DNA of 64,000 nucleotides from Minisyncoccota bacterium (GTDB lineage Bacteria; Patescibacteriota; Minisyncoccia; Phycocordibacterales; UBA9973): NCBI GenBank assembly GCA_021734995.1, contig JAIPHX010000001.1, positions 52,590 to 116,589 of the forward strand, read 5' to 3'. Shown piece by piece: positions 53,830 to 64,000 of this stretch (position 1 is its first letter; each line of letters starts with the position of its first letter). The notes under the pieces were generated by a model. It saw only the letters and a program-made list of their open reading frames with translations, ran no database searches and was not told where the DNA came from. The position numbers and the translations under genes were made by a program.

Positions 53830-54444
53830 ATGGAAACTGTATTTTTTATAGCTATTTTAATAATGTCTGTGGTTATTCATGAAGTTGCTCACGGATTTGT
53901 GGCTGAATATTATGGTGATAATACAGCACGAAAAGCAGGACGACTTACTTTGAATCCAATCAAACATTTAGATATGTTTGGTTCCATCTTGTTGCCTTTG
54001 ATGCTCGTTTTGTTTAAGTCCCCATTTTTAATTGGTTGGGCAAAACCCGTCCCTGTAAATCCTTATAATCTGATTGATCGCAAATGGGGTTCTTTTTGGG
54101 TTTCTTTTGCGGGGGTGCTTTGTAATTTTTTCTTAGCAATATTTTTTGGCTTAATTTTAAGATTTGTAATGGGGGCAGGGTATTTTACTGAAGCCTATTT
54201 TATTGTGTCTTCTATCGTCTTAGTAAACTTAGGTTTGGGTCTTTTTAATCTTATTCCTGTTCCACCGCTAGACGGTTCAAAAATATTATTTGCATTATTA
54301 CCGGAAAGTGCTACCCCTTTTATTGAATTTATGGAAAAATATTCAATTGCCCTCCTTCTTTTCTTTTTGTTTTTCCTTTTAGATTATTTATTCCCCGTAA
54401 TGAAGTTTTTGTATTTTGTTATTACAGGAATGAATTTTAGTTAG
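53830..54444 (+). CDS. Site-2 protease family (M50) membrane zinc metalloprotease
   Basis: HEVAHG (HExxH) in TM1, LNPIKHLD, and multiple TM helices. Start set at the internal Met, since the ORF-track start overlaps rpmB on the other strand. Confidence 0.65.
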   Translation: METVFFIAILIMSVVIHEVAHGFVAEYYGDNTARKAGRLTLNPIKHLDMFGSILLPLMLVLFKSPFLIGWAKPVPVNPYNLIDRKWGSFWVSFAGVLCNFFLAIFFGLILRFVMGAGYFTEAYFIVSSIVLVNLGLGLFNLIPVPPLDGSKILFALLPESATPFIEFMEKYSIALLLFFLFFLLDYLFPVMKFLYFVITGMNFS

Positions 54445-54525
54445 TTTTAAATTAAATTTTAGGTCTTAATGATTGGGAGCTGAAGATAAATACTAGTCTC
54501 TATATACTAGGGGGGGTGTAAACAT

Positions 54526-54554
54526 TTGCATTTTTTAAAAGGGTGTAGTATATT
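54526..54554 (+). promoter_or_regulatory. Candidate sigma70-like promoter (TTGCAT-17-TATATT) upstream of rpsL
   Basis: ttgcattttttaaaagggtgtagtatatt. Confidence 0.3.
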
Positions 54555-54589
54555 ACTAGCAAGAGTCCTTGGACTCTTTTGTTTTAATT

Positions 54590-55006
54590 ATGCCTACAAT
54601 AAATCAACTTGTAAAAAATAAAAGAAAGAAAGTCAGCCGAAAACCAAAGACCGTTGCTCTTGAACGTGGTTTTAACTTTTTAAAGAACAAACCTGTGTTT
54701 TATCCATCTCCTTTTAAGAGAGGAGTTTGTACAAAAGTTACTACTACTACCCCAAAGAAACCAAACTCAGCTTTACGTAAGATTGCCCGTGTAAGATTAA
54801 CCAACGGAATGGAAGTTACAGCATATATTCCAGGAGAAGGTCACAATCTACAAGAGCACTCAGTGGTAATGCTTCGTGGGGGTCGTGTAAAAGACTTGAT
54901 TGGAGTAAGATATCACATAGTGCGTGGAGTTCTTGATACTCAAGGAGTAGAAAAGAGAAGACAAAGTAGATCTTTATATGGTAACAAAAAGCCAAAAGCA
55001 AAATAA
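54590..55006 (+). CDS. rpsL: 30S ribosomal protein S12 with an insertion of about 14 aa ahead of the conserved KRGVCT core
   Basis: [14 protein letters not shown]...[31 protein letters not shown]...[32 protein letters not shown]. Confidence 0.9.
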   Translation: MPTINQLVKNKRKKVSRKPKTVALERGFNFLKNKPVFYPSPFKRGVCTKVTTTTPKKPNSALRKIARVRLTNGMEVTAYIPGEGHNLQEHSVVMLRGGRVKDLIGVRYHIVRGVLDTQGVEKRRQSRSLYGNKKPKAK

Positions 55007-55033
55007 TTTTGGTAAAATATTTTAAATAATAAA

Positions 55034-55504
55034 ATGCGCAGAAAGATAAAAAATAAAAAAACAATAGCTTCAGATTTCGTTTATAATTCTCAAAAATTAG
55101 AGAAGTTTATAAATTACATAATGTGGTCAGGAAAAAAAGAGACTGCTCGCAATGTTATGTATAAAGCTTTTGAAATAATCAAAGAAAAGACAGGGAATTC
55201 TAATCCTTTAGAAATATTTGATTTGGCAATGAAAAATGCTGGACCTGTGACAGAAGTTCGTTCAAAAAGAATTGGAGGAGCCAACTATCAGGTGCCAAGA
55301 GAAGTAAGAGCTGAAAGAAAACTCGCTCTAGCGATGAGATGGATTAGAGATGCAGCTCGTGGAGTAAAAGGGAAGCCTATGCACATAAAACTAGCAGATG
55401 AGCTTATTTCTGCTTCCAAAAACGAGGGTGTTGCAATAAAAAAGAAAGACGATACTCACAAAATGGCAGATGCCAACAAGGCTTTTGCTCACTTTGGTTG
55501 GTAA
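55034..55504 (+). CDS. rpsG: 30S ribosomal protein S7
   Basis: FINYIMWSGKKETARNVMYKAFEII...GANYQVPREV. Confidence 0.9.
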   Translation: MRRKIKNKKTIASDFVYNSQKLEKFINYIMWSGKKETARNVMYKAFEIIKEKTGNSNPLEIFDLAMKNAGPVTEVRSKRIGGANYQVPREVRAERKLALAMRWIRDAARGVKGKPMHIKLADELISASKNEGVAIKKKDDTHKMADANKAFAHFGW

Positions 55505-55539
55505 TTTTAATAAAATTAATAAAATAACATATTTTTAGT

Positions 55540-57690
55540 ATGGAAAGAGATTATCCTTTAGAAAAGGTTAGAAACATAGGTATTATTGCTCATATTGACG
55601 CTGGTAAGACTACTACTACCGAGCGTGTTTTGTTTTACACAGGAGTTTCTCATAAGATTGGAGAGGTGCATGATGGAGAGACTACTACTGATTGGATGGA
55701 ACAAGAAAGAGAAAGAGGTATTACTATTACTTCCGCTGCTGTTACTTGTTTTTGGACTCCTACTTATGCAATTAATGACAAATCAAAAAAACATCGTTTC
55801 AATATTATTGACACCCCAGGGCACATTGACTTTACTGTTGAAGTAAAGAGGTCTCTTCGTGTACTAGACGGAGCAGTGGTGGTGTTTGATGGAGTAGCTG
55901 GAGTAGAACCTCAGTCCGAGACAAACTGGCGTTATGCTGATGAAGCAAAAGTTCCTCGTATTTGTTTTATCAACAAACTTGATAGAACAGGTGCTTCTTT
56001 TGAAAAATCTTTTGCAACTATTTTAGATAGACTTACAAAAAAAGCAGTAAGATTACAAATCCCTATTGGTTTAGAAGAAAACCATGACGGGGTTATTGAT
56101 TTGCTAAAAATGAAAGCATACTACTTTGAAGGAGAGATGGGGAATAGTGTGGTAGAAAAAGAAATTCCTGCAGATCTTTTAGCAGATGCTGAAAAATACA
56201 GAAATGATCTTGTTGAAAAAATAGTAGAACAAGATGACAACATAATGAATGAATATTTTGAGGGAAAGATCCCAGATACAGACACATTAAAGAAACTTTT
56301 ACGTAAAGGAGTTTTAGCAAACGAAATTTTCCCTGTTTACGCAGGTTCTGCCTTAAAAAATAAAGGAGTTCAGTTGGTGCTTGATGCTGTAGTGGATTAT
56401 CTACCATCTCCACTTGATATTCCTGCAATAAAGGGGTTAAATCCAGATAATGAAAAAGAGGTTATAGAGAGACACGCATCTGACGCTGAGCCATTTTCTG
56501 CTCTTGCTTTTAAAATCGCAACAGATCCTTTTGTTGGACAGCTTATATTCTTCCGTGTGTATTCCGGTACTCTTACTGCTGGGTCTTATGTTTACAATCC
56601 TCGTACAAGAAACAAAGAACGTATTGGTCGCATACTACGTATGCATGCCAACGACAGAGAAGAAGTAAAGAAAGTTTTTGCTGGGGAAATCGCTGCTGCT
56701 GTGGGACTTAAAGACACTATCACTTCAGATACTCTTTGTGACGAAGAAAATGCTATTGAGCTTGATAAAATAGTTTTTCCAGAGCCAGTTATTTCTCTTC
56801 GTATAGAACCAAAAACAAAAGCTGATCAAGAAAAAATGGGTATGGCACTCAATCGCCTTGCACAGGAGGACCCTACTTTTAAAGTTACTACTGATCAAGA
56901 GACAGGAGAGACTATCATTTCAGGAATGGGAGAGCTTCACCTTGAGATTATTGTTGATCGTATGAAAAGAGAATTTACTGTTGAAGCAAATGTTGGTAAA
57001 CCACAAGTAGCTTACAGAGAAACCATTACAGGTAGCTCAGAAGCAGAAGGTAAGTATATCAAGCAGTCTGGAGGTCGCGGTAACTACGGTCATGTGAAGG
57101 TAAAGATAGGGAAAATGAAACCTCTTACAAAAGAGGAAGTGCAGGATTTACCAAAAAATGTTAAGCGTTCTGAAGGTTTTGAATTCATAAATAGTATTAA
57201 AGGAGGTGTTATCCCTCAAGAATATATTCCTGCTTGTGAAAAAGGATTCAAAGAAGGATTGGATAGAGGTATTCTAGCAGGATTCAAAATGGTAAATATA
57301 TCAGTAGATTTGTGGGATGGATCCTACCATGAAGTGGACTCAAACGAAATGGCTTTCAAGATCGCTTCTTCTATGGCAGTACAAGATGCTTGCCGTCGCG
57401 CAAACCCAGTTATCTTGGAACCTATGATGAAAGTAGAAGTAGTCACTCCAGATAAATTTATGGGAGATGTGACAGGTAATCTTTCTTCAAAAAGAGGACT
57501 AATAGAAGGAATGGAAGATAGAGGAATGAACAAGGTTGTAAAAGCAGTGGTTCCTCTTTCTGAAATGTTTGGATATATGACTAATCTCCGCTCTATGACC
57601 GAAGGAAGAGCTTCTTTCACTATGGAATTTTTGCGATACGATATAGTTCCTCAAAACGTAGCGGATACTATTATTGCTTCTAGGAAGTAA
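55540..57690 (+). CDS. fusA: Elongation factor G
   Basis: [38 protein letters not shown], and domains II-V are conserved. Confidence 0.95.
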   Translation: MERDYPLEKVRNIGIIAHIDAGKTTTTERVLFYTGVSHKIGEVHDGETTTDWMEQERERGITITSAAVTCFWTPTYAINDKSKKHRFNIIDTPGHIDFTVEVKRSLRVLDGAVVVFDGVAGVEPQSETNWRYADEAKVPRICFINKLDRTGASFEKSFATILDRLTKKAVRLQIPIGLEENHDGVIDLLKMKAYYFEGEMGNSVVEKEIPADLLADAEKYRNDLVEKIVEQDDNIMNEYFEGKIPDTDTLKKLLRKGVLANEIFPVYAGSALKNKGVQLVLDAVVDYLPSPLDIPAIKGLNPDNEKEVIERHASDAEPFSALAFKIATDPFVGQLIFFRVYSGTLTAGSYVYNPRTRNKERIGRILRMHANDREEVKKVFAGEIAAAVGLKDTITSDTLCDEENAIELDKIVFPEPVISLRIEPKTKADQEKMGMALNRLAQEDPTFKVTTDQETGETIISGMGELHLEIIVDRMKREFTVEANVGKPQVAYRETITGSSEAEGKYIKQSGGRGNYGHVKVKIGKMKPLTKEEVQDLPKNVKRSEGFEFINSIKGGVIPQEYIPACEKGFKEGLDRGILAGFKMVNISVDLWDGSYHEVDSNEMAFKIASSMAVQDACRRANPVILEPMMKVEVVTPDKFMGDVTGNLSSKRGLIEGMEDRGMNKVVKAVVPLSEMFGYMTNLRSMTEGRASFTMEFLRYDIVPQNVADTIIASRK

Positions 57691-57708
57691 TAGGTATATA
57701 CTTAATTA

Positions 57709-58068
57709 ATGTCAATAGAAGATTCAAATAAAGTTGGCGATGGTGATTCACGCAGTATTCAACAAGTATTTTTTGATACGGAGGAAGAAAAAACGTTGCA
57801 CTCTAAGATTCTTGACTTGTTTTCTAAATCCACTTTAAATAGTGAAAATTTGGGAGAATATACAAAGGGAAAAATGGATAAGATAAATGTATTTGAAGAA
57901 ATAAAAAAACTAGGATTAGAGGACCTTTTTCAAAAAATGCAAAAAAAAATTATTCCCTTTCCGTCTTTAGATATTGAAGTAAAAGAAGCAGAAGAAGAAA
58001 GACTAGTAAGGATTTTTTTAAAAATGGTTCACATCATGAAGCCAGAAACAAAAAATAGCAGTATTTAA
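57709..58068 (+). CDS. Hypothetical protein (119 aa) inserted between fusA and tuf
   Basis: ORF only; no motif. Confidence 0.4.
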   Translation: MSIEDSNKVGDGDSRSIQQVFFDTEEEKTLHSKILDLFSKSTLNSENLGEYTKGKMDKINVFEEIKKLGLEDLFQKMQKKIIPFPSLDIEVKEAEEERLVRIFLKMVHIMKPETKNSSI

Positions 58069-58170
58069 AGCACTTCTGATAAGTTAAAATTTGTTGATAA
58101 TTTTAGCGAATTTACAGCTAAGATTTTAAATTTTTTTTGTAAAGATTTACCTAAAAATTAATATTAAATA

Positions 58171-59235
58171 ATGCAAGACCCATTTTACGATCCACAAAAA
58201 TCATACGAAGAAAATTTTGAGAAAGGACCTTTTGGAGTTTTTGCAGACGGAGAGGCTTTTGAAAATTTAGGTGAGCCACAGTATGATTTTTTTGGAGTAC
58301 CAGTATTTTCTCCTTTTGGTATTCCTGCCGGACCTCTTATAAATGGAAGATTTGTGCAATCTGCTTTAGACAAAGGATTTGATATCGTTACATACAAGAC
58401 AGTTCGAAGTGAAGAATACCCTTCACATCCTTGGCCCAATGTCCTTGCTGTAGATACTTTTGGTGATTTAACTTTTGAAAAAGCAGAAGAAGGGTTGATT
58501 GGGACAAACGAATACAAAGAACCTGTTTCAATTACAAATTCTTTCGGTGTCCCTTCAAAAGATGTAGCTTTTTGGCAAAAAGATTTGATGGCCGTATTAA
58601 ATAAAGTAAAAAAAGGACAGATAGTAGTTGGGGCTTTTCAAGGTACAAAAAAGGAAGGTCAAAATGCTGAAGATTATATAAAAGATTTTGGAGTTACAGC
58701 TAAACTTTTAAAAGATACAGGGGTGAAAGTAATAGAAGTAAATTTGAGTTGCCCAAATGAAGGAACTAATAATCTTCTTTGTTACGATATAGATAGGAGT
58801 GTTAAGGTTGCAAAGGTTATAAAAGAAGAAATAGGAGATATCCCATTGATTGTCAAGATTGGGTATTATAAAGAACAAGAACTTTTGGAAAAATTTGTTC
58901 GAGAGGTCGGATCTATTGTACAAGGAATCTCCGCAATAAATACAATTTCAGCTAAGATTTTAGACAAAGATAGTAATCAAGCTTTACCTGGGGAGGGAAG
59001 ACTTAGAAGTGGTGTGTGTGGAAGCGGAATTAAATGGGCTGGCCTCGATATGGTGAAGAGACTTTATGATTTACGCCAAAAATTAGATTTAGAATTTAAA
59101 ATAATTGGGGTTGGGGGAGTGGTCAATAAGAATGATTTTAAGGAGTATATGGACTCTGGTGCAGATTTTGTAATGTCTGCTACAGGAGCAATGTGGAATC
59201 CATATTTAGCCCAAGATATTAAAAAATCTTTGTAG
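58171..59235 (+). CDS. Dihydroorotate dehydrogenase family protein (class-1-like, Cys active-site base)
   Basis: EVNLSCPN, LIVKIG, GVCGSGIK, IIGVGGV, the TIM-barrel flavoenzyme signatures of DHOD/DPD. Confidence 0.65.
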   Translation: MQDPFYDPQKSYEENFEKGPFGVFADGEAFENLGEPQYDFFGVPVFSPFGIPAGPLINGRFVQSALDKGFDIVTYKTVRSEEYPSHPWPNVLAVDTFGDLTFEKAEEGLIGTNEYKEPVSITNSFGVPSKDVAFWQKDLMAVLNKVKKGQIVVGAFQGTKKEGQNAEDYIKDFGVTAKLLKDTGVKVIEVNLSCPNEGTNNLLCYDIDRSVKVAKVIKEEIGDIPLIVKIGYYKEQELLEKFVREVGSIVQGISAINTISAKILDKDSNQALPGEGRLRSGVCGSGIKWAGLDMVKRLYDLRQKLDLEFKIIGVGGVVNKNDFKEYMDSGADFVMSATGAMWNPYLAQDIKKSL

Positions 59236-59277
59236 AGGTGTATACTTTAAGTATTAATTAATATTAAAATATTTAAA

Positions 59278-59925
59278 ATGGTTAAAGAAAACAAAAATGT
59301 CATAGGGGGTAAATCATTAGGACAAATTGACGAAGGAAAAGATAAATCGTCATTATCTTGGGCAGAACTTCATTTTTTGAATGTTTTTTTAGATACTAAT
59401 TTTAAACTTGATGAATATACTTTGAATGTACTCAAAAAAAGGTTGATAGATAAGATTCGTGGGAATGAAGGTATTTTTTTAAAAGAAAATACGAACGAAA
59501 CACATGCGAATATATTCCAGAGAGTATTAGGGAATGATTTCTTGCCTATCTTGGAATCAAGTATTAAAGGAAATTATTTAATTTACTTTAAAGATTTTGA
59601 TAAGTTGTATCAAAATGTATTTGATAAAATACAAAACGATGATAATACAAGTAATACTACAAAAGGAGATAAAAATATTTTGAAAAGTATTCAAGAATTA
59701 ACCCTAGAAAAATACCCTGATTTGTTCTTTTATTATTTTTCGAAATCTTTAGCTCAGTTTGTGGGGGTAGAAAATGTTATTAGGTATATCACCTCTATGG
59801 AAAACGATGGAAAAGAAAATATTAAAAATGAATCTACTTTAACCTTAAAAAAGGCATATGATAATTATATACAATCAAAAGAAACAATACTTAATGTCTT
59901 AAGTAATATAAATATTAAAGATTAA
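59278..59925 (+). CDS. Hypothetical protein (215 aa)
   Basis: ORF only. Confidence 0.4.
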   Translation: MVKENKNVIGGKSLGQIDEGKDKSSLSWAELHFLNVFLDTNFKLDEYTLNVLKKRLIDKIRGNEGIFLKENTNETHANIFQRVLGNDFLPILESSIKGNYLIYFKDFDKLYQNVFDKIQNDDNTSNTTKGDKNILKSIQELTLEKYPDLFFYYFSKSLAQFVGVENVIRYITSMENDGKENIKNESTLTLKKAYDNYIQSKETILNVLSNINIKD

Positions 59926-59961
59926 ATAGGAAGTAGTATTTAGTGTTGATTACGCATTGAG

Positions 59962-59989
59962 TTGACAATATTTTTCAATCTGCTATTAT
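59962..59989 (+). promoter_or_regulatory. Candidate sigma70-like promoter (TTGACA-16-TATTAT) upstream of tuf
   Basis: ttgacaatatttttcaatctgctattat. Confidence 0.35.
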
Positions 59990-60140
59990 AGATGTAACTG
60001 CACTTTCGCGGTTTTTTTATTGCATTTTTTTAAAAATTGCAATTTATTATTAATAATTATTAATTTAAATATAGTTAGTAGTGGAAACTTAGCGACTGGT
60101 TCTCGTACGTTGAGTTTCATCTATTAGCCCAAATAAAACT

Positions 60141-61334
60141 ATGGCAGAAGAATTTAAAAGAGATAAACCTCATATTAACGTTGGTACTATTGGTCACGTT
60201 GACCACGGTAAGACTACTCTTACCGCAGCAATCCTACATGTTCTTAGCATGGCAGGAAAGCAAGTGCGTCTAAAGGATGTTAGTCAAATCGACAATGCTC
60301 CTGAAGAAAAAGCTCGTGGAATTACTATTAACATTTCTCACAATGAGTATGCTACTGACGCTCGTCACTACGCACACATTGATGCTCCTGGTCACGCTGA
60401 CTACATCAAAAACATGATTACTGGTGCCGCTCAAATGGACGGTGCTATTTTGGTGGTTGCAGCTACAGACGGAGCAATGCCTCAGACTCGTGAACACGTT
60501 CTTTTGGCTCGCCAAGTTGGTGTTCCAAAAATCATCGTATTTATGAACAAGTGTGACATGGTGGATGACAAAGACATGCTTGATATGGTAGAAGAAGAAA
60601 TTCGTGAACTTTTGACTAAGCAAGGATTTGACGGTGCAAATGCTCCTGTAATCCGTGGATCTGGTCTTAAGGCTCTTGAAGCAAAAGATTTAAATGATGA
60701 ATGGGCAAAAAAGATATTAGAGTTAACAGACGCTCTTGATACATATATCCCAGTACCAGAAAGAGATGTAACAAAGCCATTCCTTATGCCGGTAGAAGAT
60801 ATATTCTCTATTGAAGGACGAGGGACAGTTGTTACAGGAAAAATAGAAAGAGGTATTGTAAAAGTAGGAGAAGAAATAGAAATCGTGGGTATTAAAGATA
60901 CTCAAAAAACTACTGTTACCGGTATTGAAATGTTTAACAAAAACCTACAAGAAGGTATGGCAGGAGACAACGCAGGAGTTCTTTTGAGAGGTTTGAAAAA
61001 AGAAGATATTACACGTGGACAAGTATTGTCAAAACCAGGTACAGTTACTCCACATGATAATTTCACTGCTGAAATATATGTTTTGAAAAAAGAAGAAGGT
61101 GGAAGACACACTCCATTTTTCAATGGATACAAACCTCAATTCTATATCAGAACTACAGACGTAACAGGAGATGTTACATTGGCAGAAGGAACAGAAATGG
61201 TTATGCCAGGAGATACTGTAAAAATCACAGTCAAATTAGTTACTCCAGTAGCTCTTGAAGAACAACAAAGATTTGCTATCCGTGAAGGAGGTAAGACTGT
61301 CGGAGCTGGAGTTGTAACAAAAATTTTAGGTTAA
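60141..61334 (+). CDS. tuf: Elongation factor Tu
   Basis: [32 protein letters not shown]. Confidence 0.95.
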   Translation: MAEEFKRDKPHINVGTIGHVDHGKTTLTAAILHVLSMAGKQVRLKDVSQIDNAPEEKARGITINISHNEYATDARHYAHIDAPGHADYIKNMITGAAQMDGAILVVAATDGAMPQTREHVLLARQVGVPKIIVFMNKCDMVDDKDMLDMVEEEIRELLTKQGFDGANAPVIRGSGLKALEAKDLNDEWAKKILELTDALDTYIPVPERDVTKPFLMPVEDIFSIEGRGTVVTGKIERGIVKVGEEIEIVGIKDTQKTTVTGIEMFNKNLQEGMAGDNAGVLLRGLKKEDITRGQVLSKPGTVTPHDNFTAEIYVLKKEEGGRHTPFFNGYKPQFYIRTTDVTGDVTLAEGTEMVMPGDTVKITVKLVTPVALEEQQRFAIREGGKTVGAGVVTKILG

Positions 61335-61351
61335 AAGATTAAATTAATTAA

Positions 61352-61714
61352 ATGTCAACATCGGAAACAAAAGAAAAAACTGCTAGTACTGCTAAAAAAG
61401 AAGATGGCAAGGTTGTACTTCGCATTAGGGTTCGTGCATACGAGAGCAAGATCCTTGACGCTTCAGTAAAGCAGATTATTGATACTGCTATGCGTTATGA
61501 TGCGCAGATTGTAGGACCTGTGCCATTACCTACAGAAATCAAAAAATACACAGTCAATAGAGCTTCTTTTGTTTACAAAAATTCAAGAGAACAATTTGAA
61601 ATCCGAGTACACAAGAGATTGATTGACATTATAAATCCAAATCCAAATACTGTAGAAGCTCTGACCAATATGTCCTTGCCTTCAGGTGTGGAGATAGACG
61701 TCAAAATGCTTTAA
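61352..61714 (+). CDS. rpsJ: 30S ribosomal protein S10 (with a short N-terminal extension)
   Basis: LRIRVRAYESKILDASVKQIIDTAMRYDAQIVGPVPLPTEIKKYTVNRASFVYKNSREQFEIRVHKRLIDI. Confidence 0.9.
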   Translation: MSTSETKEKTASTAKKEDGKVVLRIRVRAYESKILDASVKQIIDTAMRYDAQIVGPVPLPTEIKKYTVNRASFVYKNSREQFEIRVHKRLIDIINPNPNTVEALTNMSLPSGVEIDVKML

Positions 61715-61733
61715 TCATTTGTCATAAAAAATC

Positions 61734-62342
61734 ATGAAATTCATTCTTGGAACAAAACAGAATATGACACAGTATTTTTCTGAAGATGGGCAAGCCATCC
61801 CTGTAACAGTAGTCTCTTTGGAGCCTATTACTGTCACACAAGTAAAGACGAAAGATTCTGATGGATATAATGCTGTGCAAATAGGATTTGGTACAAAAAA
61901 AGCTAAAAACTTAAGCAAAGCGGTAAAGGGTCATCTAAAAGATCTTGGGGATTTTAGACATTTACGAGAATTTCGTCTAGAATCAGAGCCTACATTTAAA
62001 AGAGGTGATTCTATAAACCCAGAAGAGATATTTAATGCTGGGGATAAAGTGTGGGTATCAGGAACTTCTAAAGGTAAAGGTTTCCAAGGAGTAGTCAAAA
62101 GACATGGTTTTGCTGGAGGTCCTAGGACTCACGGTCAAAAACACTCTGAAAGAGAGCCAGGATCTATTGGAGGAGGTTTGCGTACTCATGTTCCTAAAGG
62201 AATGAGAATGGCAGGAAGAATGGGTAGTGACAGAATCACTCAAAAGAATTTAGAAATTATCTTAATTGAAAACGGCACAATGCTTGTAAAAGGAGCTGTA
62301 CCTGGAAGAAGAGGTACTTTGTTGGAAATAAAAGCTGATTAA
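61734..62342 (+). CDS. rplC: 50S ribosomal protein L3
   Basis: MKFILGTKQNMTQYFSEDGQAIPVTVV...GKGFQGVVKRHGFAGGPRTHG. Confidence 0.9.
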   Translation: MKFILGTKQNMTQYFSEDGQAIPVTVVSLEPITVTQVKTKDSDGYNAVQIGFGTKKAKNLSKAVKGHLKDLGDFRHLREFRLESEPTFKRGDSINPEEIFNAGDKVWVSGTSKGKGFQGVVKRHGFAGGPRTHGQKHSEREPGSIGGGLRTHVPKGMRMAGRMGSDRITQKNLEIILIENGTMLVKGAVPGRRGTLLEIKAD

Positions 62343-62353
62343 ATAATAAAAAA

Positions 62354-63013
62354 ATGGAAGCAAAAATTTACAATCAAAAAGGGAAAGAATCAGGAAGTAT
62401 TACTCTTCCAGAATCTGTTTTTTCTGCTAAATGGCGAGCTGACTTAGTTCACCAAGTAGTAGAAAGCATGCGTAGTAATGGAAGAGCTGGTACTGCTCAC
62501 GCAAAAGATAGAGGAGAAGTAAGAGGAGGAGGAAAGAAACCTTGGAAACAAAAAGGAACAGGAAGAGCTAGACACGGATCTTCAAGAAGCCCTATTTGGG
62601 TTGGTGGAGGTGTAGCTCATGGTCCATTGAAAGATAAAAACTACAAGAGAAAAATCTCAAAGAAAATGAGAGTAGAAGCATTGTTTTCAGTTTTGTCCAA
62701 AAAATTAAAAGACGGTGAAATCATTTTTGTTGATTCTTTAGACACAGATTCTTTAAAAACCAAAGATGCGAGTGAAATTGCAAAAAAAGTTTATGAAGGA
62801 GCAGGTATGAAAGTTTTGGCGAAATCAAAAAACAAAAAAGTATTGGTTGCTTTCTATGAAAATAGTAAGTCCAAGTTTGGTTTTAGAAATCTTCCAGAAT
62901 TGCAAGTTTCTCTTTTGAAAAATTTGAATCCTTTGGAAGCTGTCAATTATAAATATATTTTAATAGAGAAGCCAGTAGAAAGTGTAAAATTCTTGGAGTC
63001 TAGAGCAAATTAA
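62354..63013 (+). CDS. rplD: 50S ribosomal protein L4
   Basis: RAGTAHAKDRGEVRGGGKKPWKQKGTGRARHGS. Confidence 0.85.
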   Translation: MEAKIYNQKGKESGSITLPESVFSAKWRADLVHQVVESMRSNGRAGTAHAKDRGEVRGGGKKPWKQKGTGRARHGSSRSPIWVGGGVAHGPLKDKNYKRKISKKMRVEALFSVLSKKLKDGEIIFVDSLDTDSLKTKDASEIAKKVYEGAGMKVLAKSKNKKVLVAFYENSKSKFGFRNLPELQVSLLKNLNPLEAVNYKYILIEKPVESVKFLESRAN

Positions 63014-63035
63014 ATATAATACAGAAAATAATTTT

Positions 63036-63314
63036 ATGATGATACCTACAAAAATAATTAAAAATCCAAGAATCACAGAAAAGGCAGCTGACGCTTCCGC
63101 TAGGAATGCGTATGTTTTTGATGTGACTGCTTCTGCCAACAAAACAGAAATACGAAAAGCTATTTTGGAAGTTTATAAAGTAAAACCCATCAGAATAAAT
63201 ATCTTAGCTGTTCCAAGTAAACAAATCTTTGCTAAAGGAAGAAAAGGAGTAAAGAGTGGTGGACGTAAAGCTATTGTATATTTGAAAGAGGGAGATAAAA
63301 TAGAATTTGTATAA
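63036..63314 (+). CDS. rplW: 50S ribosomal protein L23
   Basis: IKNPRITEKAADAS...YVFDVTASANKTEIRKAILEVYKVKPIRINI. Confidence 0.85.
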   Translation: MMIPTKIIKNPRITEKAADASARNAYVFDVTASANKTEIRKAILEVYKVKPIRINILAVPSKQIFAKGRKGVKSGGRKAIVYLKEGDKIEFV

Positions 63315-63325
63315 AATAAAAAGAG

Positions 63326-64000
63326 ATGAAAACATATAAACCAACAACAAAATCTAGAAGAGAAACTACTAATGTAACATACAGAGGAGTTTTGACTAGG
63401 AGTGAGCCAGAAAAGTCTCTTACTAAAGGCTTTCGCCGTGCAGTAGGAAGAAACAATCAGGGCCGTATCACAATGCGTCACAAGGGAGCAGGACACAAAA
63501 GACTTTATCGTGATATAGACTTTTTATATAATAAAAAAAATATCCCAGCTACTATTAAAAGCGTTGAATATGATCCAAACAGATCTGCTTTTATTGGTCT
63601 TGTTTTTTACAAAGACGGTGAAAAAAGATATGTTATTTTGCCAAAGACTGCAAAGCCGGGGGATACTTTTATGGTAGCAGAAAATGCTGAGTTATCTGCA
63701 GGGAATAGACTTCCATTAAAAAATATTCCGGTTGGAACATTTGTATACAATATAGAATTAAAACCAAACGGAGGTGCAAAGATAGGAAGAGGAGCAGGAG
63801 TTTTTGCTCAGGTAGTAGCTAACTCTGAAGGATATACCAATATCAAGATGCCTTCTTCTGAAATTCGAAAAGTTAACGAAAATTGCTATGCTTCTATTGG
63901 GGTTGTATCAAATGAAGAACACCACCTAGAAAACTATGGAAAAGCTGGACGAAGTCGTTGGAAGGGTATTCGTCCTACTGTAAGAGGTACAGCTATGAAC
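63326..64000 (+). CDS. rplB: 50S ribosomal protein L2, N-terminal part (runs off the window end)
   Basis: MKTYKPTTKSRRETTNV...GRNNQGRITMRHKGAGHKRLYRDIDF...; no stop codon before position 64000. Confidence 0.85.
   Translation, partial: MKTYKPTTKSRRETTNVTYRGVLTRSEPEKSLTKGFRRAVGRNNQGRITMRHKGAGHKRLYRDIDFLYNKKNIPATIKSVEYDPNRSAFIGLVFYKDGEKRYVILPKTAKPGDTFMVAENAELSAGNRLPLKNIPVGTFVYNIELKPNGGAKIGRGAGVFAQVVANSEGYTNIKMPSSEIRKVNENCYASIGVVSNEEHHLENYGKAGRSRWKGIRPTVRGTAMN

Overview
This 64 kb window reads as a contiguous piece of an AT-rich (by eye), gene-dense bacterial chromosome. It carries three stretches of translation genes: rpsT; secE-nusG-rplK; and an str/S10 block (rpsL-rpsG-fusA ... tuf-rpsJ-rplC-rplD-rplW-rplB) interrupted by three unrelated genes. 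It also encodes DNA-repair genes (uvrB fragment, uvrA, a short uvrC, mutM, ruvA, ruvX), seven tRNAs, and nucleotide and folate metabolism genes (a PyrF-PyrE fusion, a PyrD-like gene, dCMP deaminase, thyA, folA). The ribosomal-protein insertions, small fused enzymes, an orphan pilM, an archaeal-type PEP carboxylase and no rplA after rplK fit a Candidate Phyla Radiation (Patescibacteria) genome; this is an inference, not a demonstrated assignment. Most of the window is ordinary core genome, but several accessory-looking islands stand out. (1) A family of four paralogous cysteine-rich proteins of about 550-575 aa sits at 17.7 kb and 32.8-40.3 kb. Each has homologous CxxC...CxxCR zinc-ribbon modules at both ends and a degenerate Cys-repeat core. 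Two copies share nucleotide-identical runs at their ends, and the cluster sits beside an acidic low-complexity protein and a membrane-anchored protein. I recognise no characterised family, and this is my best candidate for an undescribed system. (2) A 404-aa hypothetical protein at 15.5-16.7 kb has a motif block strikingly similar to the diphtheria-toxin and exotoxin-A class of ADP-ribosyltransferase active sites. (3) A 112-bp GC-rich repeat occurs twice and brackets two SAM-methyltransferase genes. One copy abuts tRNA-Ser, and a 22-nt copy of that tRNA's 3' end lies about 180 bp away, which looks like an integration footprint. (4) A Phd/RelE-like toxin-antitoxin pair is flanked by a 26-bp direct repeat that duplicates the 3' end of rluA. 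Other points of note are an archaeal-type PEP carboxylase next to an aminotransferase, a Nudix-alpha/beta-hydrolase fusion, a 1313-aa surface protein with FN3-like repeats, a compositionally anomalous high-GC gene, and a DEAD-box helicase with an N-terminal RGG/Ser-rich tail.
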